DNA of 64,000 nt from the human T2T-CHM13v2.0 reference genome, Homo sapiens: the NCBI RefSeq assembly GCF_009914755.1, contig NC_060934.1; one strand, 5' to 3'. The position numbers and the translations under genes are program-made. Below, piece by piece: positions 53,825 through 64,000 of the stretch (position 1 is its first letter; the number at the start of each line of letters is the position of its first letter). Below the pieces are notes generated by a model, which saw nothing but the letters and a program-made list of their open reading frames with translations, was not told where the DNA came from and ran no database searches.

Positions 53825-54443
53825 TATGCACTGAAGAATTAACATTACCTAAAGAGAGATCTCACCTTTTCCCTTTGCTACTGGGAGGTGATTTCTAGGA
53901 CCCCTGGAATATCATGTTTCATAAGGGTATCTCTGTTTGCCTGAGAGTTTTGGCCAACAAATGGTCTAGCAATGTGATTTACAATGGGAGCTTTGGGCCA
54001 TGTTGTATTAGTTATCTAACCTCCAGGAGGGATGGAGAATAAAGGTCAGTCAGGTGAGAAGTCTCACATCCTGCTCAGTGTGACCAAGTCCCCTGTAAAA
54101 ACTCTAGATAGTAAAGATCAAGCGAGATTCTCTGGTTGACATATTGTCACTCATAAACACCAGGAAAGTAACATTGGTCCTGACTCCATGGAGAGGGCAA
54201 TGGGACTCTCATATTTTGTACTTTCCCAGGTATTCACTGTATGTGCTTCTTTTCTTGGCTGCCATTAATCTGTATCGTTCCCCTGGAATAAACTCTAACC
54301 ATGGGCATAATAGACATTACTGAGTTCTGTGATTCCTTCTACAAACTAATGAACCTGAAGGTGGTTTTGAGAACCCCTCAAACTTGCAATTGTTGTCAGA
54401 AGTGGGATGGTCTCCTGGGGGACTGTCCCCTTAAACTCTCACA
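53825..54443 (+). mobile_element. ERVL-type solo LTR (MER77/MER21 group)
   Basis: aattaacattacctaaagagagatc...ctgggaggtgatttctagg...gagttctgtgattccttct...gtcagaagtg...ctcaca; TSD ggtgt/ggtgc. Confidence 0.75.
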
Positions 54444-55439
54444 GGTGCTGATAGAGGAAACGTCTCCTAGACAGAAGGCAGGGTGTGAGACAGATGCCTC
54501 TATTTTACTTTTGACATTACACCTGTTTTCTCTTAATAGCAATAATTGTTTTCTGAATATACCCCAAACTCATTCTCTTTTATTCAATTGACTAAATATT
54601 GGCCATTACAAGAAACATTCTGCATCTAATGATTTCTGTTGGATTTTTTTTCATTTGCATTATCTTCTTTCTATAATCTCAAACTCTATTCATAAAACTA
54701 TATTCCATATATAGTTCTTCTTTTTCTATAAGAAAACATGTTTTCCAATGTCATGGCAGGCTTCAGAAATGCTAAATTCACAAAGGACCAGAAAAGATTC
54801 ATGGGCAGTAAAATTTGACACTGCAATTCAAGAAGGGGAAATTGAGCTTGTGATTTTTTTCAAAGGTAAATAGAAATTGCCTGAAGAGTAGGCTGTATAA
54901 CCCTGGATGGTTGGGTGCAGGTTGGAGGAATTCAGTGAGCAGGAGAGTTGAGCGGTCCAGGGACACCAGATAGGAAGGGACTGAGAAAGCAAAGTCATTC
55001 CCAGGGAGTTTTTCAGACAAATCTGGGGAAAGAAAAGTCTGAAACCATCACCTCAAGGTCCAAATAGCTATGGAATAAATCCCATCGTAATGGAAAGGGT
55101 TTGATTTTTGTATAGTGCATTGGATGGTCATTCTTCTGAAGTCCCTTTGTGGATTTCTCATTTTCTCCAACCCTGTCCTTAAATGCCAGTTTCCCTCCAG
55201 GGTTCCTTTCTCTATCCAAATGCCTGAAGCCAACTCCAAGACATGACAAATCTTGACCACTAGAGGCTGATCTAGTTGGTTTGGGGAAAAAATACAAGTT
55301 GTAACTGTTAAGAACCAAACTTAAATATCAAGCAGAGCCAAGCTGGACTCAGCAAAACAGATACACAGTAAAACATGTCGCCTCCATATAATGTATTTAT
55401 TCAGGTCTTCTCACTTTGTATTAAAGGAACTTTGTTCAA

Positions 55440-55660
55440 AAATAGCATCATGGTTAAAAGTGTGATCTCTGGAGTCAGACTCCAGCTTCCAACTTTGCCA
55501 CGAACCAGCTATGCAACTTTGAGCAAGTTACTAAACTTCTCTTCACTTCAGCTTCCTTCAATACACAATGGAGATAACAGGTTTTTATGAGGATTAAATC
55601 AGCTAACACACACGGACTTCTTAGAATAATGCCTAGCACATAGTAATTTCACTAAAGATA
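55440..55660 (+). mobile_element. MIR, near full length
   Basis: atagcatcatggttaaaagtgtgatctctggagtcagac...ttgagcaagttactaaac...cttagaataatgcctagcacatagtaa. Confidence 0.85.
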
Positions 55661-56082
55661 GAGAATGGTAGGCTGAAGGCACCATTTTCTATACAGTCAG
55701 AGGCTGGAGTCATTCTAGTGTCCAAACATACAGCACAACAGTTTAAATCCTAATTCCAAAAGTTAATACTAAGATATCTCATTAGATGGGCAGGAACTGT
55801 ATACTTGTGCATCCTGACTGCTGATGGTCAGGTGGTCACCAGCCAAGAACATTGTCCACAGGGACAGAACTTGGTTAGGACTAAGCCCTATATCAAGGCA
55901 GAGGTCCAGAAAAGGGGGACTCTCAAAAGCAACATTAGACAGCAGGACTCTTCAGAAAAAAATGACTTTGATCTTGGAGGAGCAGTGGGTAGGGAAACAA
56001 GACATTGAAAAGATGGATATCTCAGGCAGGAATCCTATTCTTCAAACAATGTCAATGCAAGATGCCAAAACTTGCCCTATAG

Positions 56083-56435
56083 CAGCAGATCCTGGCCTCA
56101 GCTGCATGGTAGAACTCCCTAGAGAGCTTTTGAAAAACGCCGATGCTCACATTCCATTTCAAGGCAACCCAATCAGAACTTGAGTATTGGCAATTTTTAG
56201 AAAGCCTCCTCGTACCCCTTAACCCCACAGTTCTAGGGTAACCAGGGTTGAGAACCACAGCTCTGGAGTCTACCCAACTGCTTCTCAAATTTTAACGTGC
56301 ACAGAATCACCAGGGGTCCTTGCTGAAATGCAGACTCTGATTCAATGGGTCGGGGTGAGACCCAAGATTCTGCATTTCCCACAAGCTCCCTGGTGATGCC
56401 ACTGCTGCTAGTCAGTGGGCTGTGGGCGCTAGGGC
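56083..56435. mobile_element. Two adjacent MER5-family (hAT-Charlie) elements
   Basis: ...ccagggttgagaaccacag (end of first); cttctcaaattttaacgtgcacagaatcacc...attctgcatttcccacaagctccctggtgatgcc (second). Confidence 0.8.
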
Positions 56436-56764
56436 CTGGCAGCACAGGCAGTGTTTGGGGAGAAGCCCAAAGTGGGTGTGTAATAGTTATAATTTGGCTA
56501 CCAAGTCCTTGGATTGGTGAGTGTGTCCAATCCTAAGCCCTACTAGAAAAGACGGATGGAAAATCCATCACGCCTTTCTCATGCCCTGGGGTAGGCAGAA
56601 GATTACATTTATGGGCAGTCAGTGAATTCAGCTGTGCAGGACTCGGGAAGCAGGAGACAGGGGCTGACACAGGCAGCAATTGTAGCCAGGATGAAGGAGT
56701 CTAAGACTTCAAAGTAAAAGGAGGTAGAGGAGTTAGGGGAGTCTGGTATATGGCAGCAGTAGCT

Positions 56765-57422
56765 TTTTCCCCCTCTTCATTCCCCCTTACTTCTCACCCT
56801 TGGCAATCATCATTCTGATTTCTGTCTCTATGGTTTATTATTATCATGGTTTATTATTCTCTATAATAATACATTCTAGTTCCTCTTATAAGTAGAACCA
56901 TATGCTATTTGTCCTTTTGTGTCTGGCTTATTTCCCTAAGCATAATGTTGTTAAGGTTCATCCATGTTGTAGCATATGTAAGAGTTGTCTTTCTTTTTAA
57001 GGTTGAATAATATTCCATTTTACATATACAGCATACCTTTTTCATCCATTTATCCGCTGATAGACACTTGAGTTGCTTCTGCCTTTTGGCCACTATGAAT
57101 AATGCTGCTGTGAACATGGGTATACAAATATCTCAACATCCTGCTTTCAATTCTGCTGGATATATACCCAGAAGTGGAATTGCTGGATCGTATGGTAATT
57201 CTATTTTTAAATTTTTGAGGAACTGCCATATCGTTTTCCAAACAGCAGCTGCACCATGCTACATTCTCACCAACAGTGCGCAAGAGCTCCAGCTTCCTTA
57301 GATCCTTGCCAATACCTGCTATTTTCTGTGGATTCGTGTTATCATTGCCATCCTGATGGGTGTGAAGTGACATCTCATTTTGGCTTTGATTTGCATTTCC
57401 CTAATGATGAGTGATGTTGAGA
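56765..57422 (-). mobile_element. L1 (L1MA/MB-like) 3' fragment
   Basis: aggttcatccatgttgtagcat, atacccagaagtggaattgctggatcgtatggtaattctatt, gatttgcatttccctaatgatgagtgatgttgag. Confidence 0.9.
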
Positions 57423-57677
57423 GCAGCCGTTTTGGTGGAAATGGAAACATCTCACTCTTGGCTTTATAGGCAGCGTCTCCTGATTTCTTGCTTCATCATA
57501 CGCTTGTTCATGTTACCTGCCATGTTACCTGTCAGCATGAATGCTAGTCTTAGTCCCAATCTAGGTTAAAGAATGCTTGGATCGAGGAGGTGCCATTTCT
57601 CTCCTGTGGCCTGGGAGCACGCTGAGTCTGGCCAAGCTCATGGTGACTTCTCTGTTCATTGACTCTGTGGAAGGGTC

Positions 57678-58118
57678 TGTCTATGTCCCACCAGATCTCC
57701 TCCTCAATCATGCTACCACTTTAAAACTGTTTGCCTGAGGGCTCTGGGGCCAGGCAGTGGGAGAACTTTCTTTCCCCACAGAGCATATTACAAATGCCAA
57801 ATCAGAAGTGCTGGAGAATGAATGGCCCCAGAACTCACTCCACCAGTGGTGATGGGAAGATGGTGGATAAATATCCCGGCTGCATCTCCCTTGAGCTGGG
57901 ATAACTCTGAAGTGTGTTCTAGGCTGTTTCCCACAGTGGTCTGAATGTGTGGCAGATGCTCACAGTGGAAACGGGTTTGATAAAGCTTCCCTTTTTTGTT
58001 TCCCTGCATTGCTTCCCCACTTCCCTACAAGTGTTGGCTGGGATCGCTGCCTTAATAAACAACCTGAGCTTGAATCCTTACCTTAGGGTCCGCTTCTGGG
58101 GGAAACCAACTCAATACA
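57678..58118 (+). mobile_element. ERVL solo LTR (LTR16-like)
   Basis: ggtggataaatatcccggctgc...gggataactctgaag...taataaacaacctgagcttgaatccttaccttagggtccgcttctgggggaaacc. Confidence 0.75.
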
Positions 58119-58681
58119 GATAATATTATGCCTCTTTCAGCTACCAATACCTATTACCAGCATGTGTCCAGTCTTGGTCAGTGTGAAAAGCAGTTAGTGA
58201 AAGATTTTTAGGTCCACAGAAATGCTCAGGGGAACCTGTGCTTTTTCCTTGAGCTATTTACCAGGTTCATTATTCACATTTCCCCAAAATACACGTGTGC
58301 CTAAGGGAGATTGCTGTGTCCCATATCCTCACCTCTAGTTACAAAATACACTAAGGTAGCATACTGCACACATGAAATTGCTGAACAAAAAAATGAATAG
58401 ATTATATATCTAAGAAATATGGTTTGTACTCTCTCCCATTAAATATATTTGTATCCCCAGTATAACAATGTAACATATATTGGAATCTACAAAGTTCTCA
58501 TGCCAAGGAAACATCCCTGAAGAGTTTAACGCTGGTAATAGAATAATATACTCGCTAATCAAGGCAATCTTTAAGGCCAGATGGTGTCTCTGTTGGACTC
58601 TTCTTGGTGGTTTTCTATACCTTCATAAACCTGGTTCTTGACTGTTCTACAGAGAGTGAGACTCTATAAAAATTCTCTTAT

Positions 58682-59205
58682 AAACATATATGCACACATA
58701 TGTTCATTGCAGCACTATTCACAATAGCAAAGACATGAAATCAACCTAAATGCCCGTCAATGACAGACTGGATAAAGAAAATGTGATACATACACACCAG
58801 GGAATACTATGCTGCCATAAAAAAGAAAGAGGTCGTATCCTTTGCGAGGACATGGATGGAGCTAGAAGTCATTATCCTCAGCAAATGGAGGAACAGAAAA
58901 TCAAATACTGCATATTCTCACTTATAAGTGGGAGCTGAATTATGAGAACACATGGACACATAGGGAGAAACAAAACACATTGGGACCTATTTGGCGGATG
59001 GGCAGTGGGAGAAGGGAGAGCATCAGGAAGAATAGCTCATGGATGCTAAGGCTTAATACCTAGGTGATGGGATGATGTGTGCAGCAAAGCACCACGGCAC
59101 ACATTTATATAACAAATAGGCACATCCTGCACATGCACCCCTGAACTTTTAAAATAAAGTACAAGTTAGAAATTTAAAGTGGGGAAATCTTTTTTAAAAA
59201 AGAAA
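58682..59205 (+). mobile_element. 5'-truncated L1PA (approx. L1PA12-14) 3' end
   Basis: ttctcacttataagtgggagctga...gggagagcatcaggaagaatagct...cctgcacatgcacccctgaact; flanking aaattctct repeat. Confidence 0.9.
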
Positions 59206-60788
59206 GAAATTCTCTGTTCACACAACTGTTAGATGAGAAACATAAAAGTTTTTCCTGTAGGAAATTATATACATGTTTTAAAGCAGAAGAGTAAAAATTC
59301 ATATTAGCCAAGTCCAAAATAGAAAAGAGGAAGGAACGGTGAAACGCCTGTTCCCAACACAGAGAGGTCATCTGAACTATCATCGTGGGAAAGTAAAAGT
59401 TTACCCGAGAGAAGCCCACAGATGCTCCAAAATGGAGCCAGAAATAGTAACCAGATAATGCTTATAATACAGCAAACAGCTGAGCAAACTGAGATGACAC
59501 AGAATCTTTTTAATGCTCGTTTCAAGGTTATAGACATTATAATAGCAGGTCCTGAGCAACTCTGAATTTCAATATATGAAAAACACAGGCCCTCTCTACC
59601 AGGCCTCTGCTCATTTTCTCCATGGAAAAGAGTTTTGGGAGTCTGTTCTGATATTTTATGAAGTTCATTGTTTGATCCTATGCCCCTGTAAGGGGAATGC
59701 ACTAGTTACAAAAAAGAAGAAAGGTGGAGATAATGACTCAGTGGACATTCAGTGGAGGTTTCTCTGTTTAAGGGGTAATGGTTGAAAATTTTATTTTAAA
59801 TATCTCCAGCTCTTGAAAAGGTAAAATGATTTGTCCAGGATTTTAAAGCCATGATTTTACTTTATATATTCGAAACTCTGAAACTAAAGCAATTTTAGTG
59901 TGTATGGGGCGGGATGGGGAGAGAAGGCAGAGGAACTAAGGACAGGTACAACATTTAGCAAACTCATAATCCTATAAAGAAAACATTTTTAGCTTCCAAT
60001 AAGACCACACTCCTACTCCTAACATAGGAACCAGGGACATGCAAAACATATGAAATGCAACTACATTGATGACAGGCAAATGCTTCTGCTGTTTACAAAT
60101 CCATTCTCATGTATTAGCCATTAATATTGCTTATTAATTTTCTTTGATTCATGGTTTCTGACTTCTGATACTTTTCTTTGAGAAAACATTTGCATTCATT
60201 TGTCACTAGAAGCAAAATATGCATTCGCAAAGCTACTCATTTAGAACCCAAGAATGAATTCGAGAAAAGTATACAGAGAAGAAAATCGGCACTGCAGGAA
60301 GGCTCAGGGCCTTGCGCAAAGCCCTGTTAGCCAATCAGGGAGAATGTCCACAAGTGAGAACTCACTCCCCTCAAAAATTAGCCATCAAAAGAAAAAGAGG
60401 ATGAGCGCATGACAGATCTTATTTGTCCTGGCTTGAGGTTGTCATTAGTGACATTCACACCACATGTTTGAAATCTATCTTGAAGAGCAAATGCTAAGCC
60501 TCTGTTTATTCTCTTTTTAATTCCACACCATCCAGAGCCAGAACTACAAGCCCAAACTCTGTCCCTTTGATTGGAGCATCTCTCTCACCTGCTACACGTG
60601 TTCAGCTAACTACGGAAGGAAACCTACAGGCAAGAAACAAAGTGGTCCTTCTAGCTTGACACCTTGTGTGATAGGAATAGTCCAACTCCATTGGGGGGCT
60701 TTCAGAAATAAGGAGAAGAGATTGGGATACCCCACAGACAGTTTTTGTCCAGTTACATTTATATGCTTTCTCAAGCATCCCCTCTCAC

Positions 60789-60846
60789 CGAGCTCCACGA
60801 ACGATAAGGGAATCAGTCTTAAAAGAGCCGCGAGTTACAGGCACAC
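60789..60846 (-). ncRNA. Candidate 58-nt internal exon, probably non-coding
   Basis: Minus strand catctctttctctcAG|GTGTGCC...GGAGCTCG|GTgaga; 5 CpGs in 58 nt against a CpG-depleted background. Confidence 0.35.
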
Positions 60847-62187
60847 CTGAGAGAAAGAGATGTTTGTATTCACCTTAGAACTGACTCTAGCCCTGGGTCC
60901 TAGTTCTTTACTGGGGTCCTTACTTCAATTTCTCACTCTCTACCTTCTCATTCTTTTCCTCTCTCCACTGGATTCATTATGAGATGAGTTGTTGAAGGCT
61001 GGTGGCAAAATCTGTGCGGCAAATATGCTAAAGTACATAGATAGAGTTTCTCCCTGCTGAATTGACAACTACAATAAAGGGAAACACTAATTTTCAGGGT
61101 TTGGAAGCTCAGTCTTTCAAACAAAGGAGGACTTGCTCAATGAAGTTGCATTTCTAATCCTTTAGCTAGAGTCAAATGAAGCCAGTTTTGAAGAGCATTT
61201 CAAACTCTATTGATGACCAAATTGCACTATTGATTGATACCAACTGTAAACTCGTGGCTCCTCATCCACATCCCTTTAATTGGTCTTGAATGACACTCTT
61301 TTAAATGACTTTGGGAAGTGAAGGGGAAGAAATGTGCCAAAGATAATTTGCACAAAGAAAATTTACATCTCGTCTTTGTTTCATTTTTTCTGGCATGGAT
61401 ACTGACTACCAATTTATTATTATTTTTTTTTCTTGAGGGAAGTAGTGAGAATACGAACAGCAGTCTGGATTTTTCTTGTTCTGTTTCCATAATTAGAAAA
61501 ATAGACTAAAATTATGCAGGAGCAGATTGAGGGAAAAATACAACCTGCTTTCCTATGATTTAGTGAACTCTTTTTTGAATTCAAAGATATCCCCTCCTTC
61601 CCCTGGCCCCTATACATGTCTTTTTATCTCTGAGTAGTTACTGTACCTCTTTTAAGTTTATTCTCCAGTTTAATGACAAGAGCATTCTTCAAAAAGCTTT
61701 AAGCCATGAAGTGTGTTCATAATCACATCACTATTTGTTTGAAAACAATGTCCTGATACCCTGCTGTCTTCCCAGTAGGCCCAGGCAATACAAACCAGTC
61801 CCCCATAATCACATGGTACTTACAAAATCAGGTTGGGCTTGAAGAAACTGGTCAAATTGTTTTCACATAAGTTGAAAACGTGACCTACCAAATGACCCAT
61901 TGGTTAGTTATCCTACAAGATGCTGCTAATACGGGGAACGACTATGAAAATTCATTCAGCCCATGCATTTTTAAATGTACCTGGAGAGTTATTCAAAGAT
62001 TCAGTGGTATTTCCACTTAGACACCTGCCTTTCCTTCCGTCTCCGTTTTTGTTGAAAAAATAAAAAGCACTTTATGTAAGCCTAGATTCAAACCACAATC
62101 GGCTCACAGATAAAGATGTTAGGGGACAGAGAATTTCTCAACATGCAATCACTTTCAACAACATCGCCTGTTAAAAATCGTACATGT

Positions 62188-62533
<346 letters not shown>

Positions 62534-62789
62534 TCAGAGAATTAGAACTTCAGAGGTTAAGGCTCTGAAACATGGATTTTATATAAACTTCCAAGGCAGT
62601 TCTGGTTCATTTAAGTTCTGAGAACCCCCGAGGTAGCCACCAGTCATTAAGGCTTCACTGAGCAGCATTCGAACCCCAGCCTCCAGGCCCCCCTCCTGCC
62701 TCCATATCTAACAGTGGGTCCAGTGTTTTCACCCCTCAGGCTCCGTATGCCTCCCTGAAGACTTGCAGTCATTTCCTAACTGATCAGCC

Positions 62790-63070
62790 CACGACCATTT
62801 CCTCTTCCCAACGTAGTCTTCTCATCACGTAACTCCCTGCTCAAGAATCTGTGGTGAATCCTCGTTTCCTTCCTATTTCAAAACCTATTCTTCAGCTTTA
62901 AATGTAAAGGCTGAAAGAAAATCCCTTCTGGCCTGAGTCCCCCACCGTCCCCTGCACCCTCCCCGCATTCCCTCCTTCTGAACCCCCAGCAAGACTGGCC
63001 GTTCTTCCAGCACCTGTGATGTCCTTCGCCCTCGTGCATCTCAGTGCTGGGGTGCTGCTCTCCCAGCTTC
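62790..63070 (+). mobile_element. L2 fragment
   Basis: atcacgtaactccctgctcaagaatctgtggtgaatcctc; pyrimidine-rich L2-like tract. Confidence 0.45.
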
Positions 63071-63345
63071 TCTAACCCTGTGAGTTGAACCCCAATGCAT
63101 CTTCGAGGATCCTACCTCTCATCGAGGATGTGGCCCTGCCTCCCCAGCTGGCTGGGATCTGCCTCGGCTTTGGGCCTCTGCAGCATTTTGCTCAGCCTTC
63201 CCTTGAGCTCTCGCCTTATTGGGTTTTGTTGTTCATTTCTTTACGCACTCAATTTGGCCTTCACTGGCCTTCAACTTGCCCGCATCCTAACTCCCTGAAT
63301 GAAGGAGCTCTCCTGGTTTGCTTTTCACTCCCCTCAGGCAACTAA

Positions 63346-64000
63346 TGATACAGGAGCTAGAAAGAAATTATTTAGGCAGACAGTGAGGGTCAAAGAGTCC
63401 TCGGCAGAATTTCCCTTTTAACAAAAAGCAGCCCCAGAGTAATTTCTTTTCTAACAAAGAGCAGCCTGAAAAATTGAGCTGCAAACATAGATAAGCAAGC
63501 TGAAAGCTTGCACGGGTGAATGCTGGCCGCTGTGCCAATAGGAAAAAGGCTACCTGGAAGCCAGGTATGTTCAACATGGAGGCTCCATCCTCCCTTTTCT
63601 TTGTCACCACGTGTACAGTAAAGAAACAGGCACAGGGCCGGCCAGGTAGCAAAAGCATCTGCATAATAAACGATTAGGGTGGGGGCTACCAGAAATTCGA
63701 GCGCTATGCAAAGGGCACACCTAGCCCGAACCAGTTTTTTGCGCCCTATGCAAATGGCACACCTTGTCCAACCAATCTTATGTGCCCTATGTAAATCAGA
63801 CACTGCCTCCTAAAGCTCAGCTATAGAACCCCTTGCATTTCACCATGGACCAGAAACCCATTCAGGACCCCTCTCTCTGCAGGAGAGAGCTCTTCTCTTT
63901 TCTTTCACTGTTAAACTTTCTGCTCTTAAGCTCGCTCCTTGTGTGTCCCCATCTTAGTTTTCTGTGGCTTTGAGACAACAAATCTTGGGTAATTTCCCCA
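63346..64000 (+). mobile_element. ERV1 LTR (LTR27/LTR28/MER50 group), runs off the window end
   Basis: tgatacaggagctagaaagaaattatttaggcag...aaagcagcccc...gccctatgcaaatggcacacc...ggacccctctctctgcaggagagagctc. Confidence 0.8.

Overview
Non-coding primate genomic DNA (human or a close relative). About 13 Alu/FLAM copies, old L1M and younger L1PA fragments, MIR/L2, MaLR/ERVL/ERV1 solo LTRs and DNA-transposon fossils (Tc2/Kanga-like, MER82, MER20, MER58A, MER81, MER5, half a MADE1) make up much of the window. I see no protein-coding exon, CpG island, structural RNA gene or prokaryotic feature. The supplied ORFs are chance frames, many starting at TTG/GTG, or are Alu/L1-derived. From memory only (unverified), ~60.7-62.8 kb resembles human chr20p12 near 10.0 Mb (GRCh37), between PAK5 and ANKEF1/SNAP25-AS1. 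I did not find a convincing new biological system. The best signals are mechanistic: (i) several local fold-back or templated-insertion scars (56-bp-arm hairpin fused to a ~60-bp L1 tail at 7.7 kb; a chain of three perfect hairpins at 53.1 kb; an inverted copy inside an MLT1 LTR at 4.2 kb; a 62-bp orphan copy of a nearby MST LTR at 25.6 kb); (ii) an old L1 with twin-priming 5' inversion geometry inserted in a MIR; (iii) a readable pogo/Tc2 DDE transposase fossil; (iv) candidate lncRNA exons and regulatory motif clusters. Repeat subfamily names come from recalled consensus sequences and need RepeatMasker/Dfam confirmation; boundaries of old repeats are approximate.
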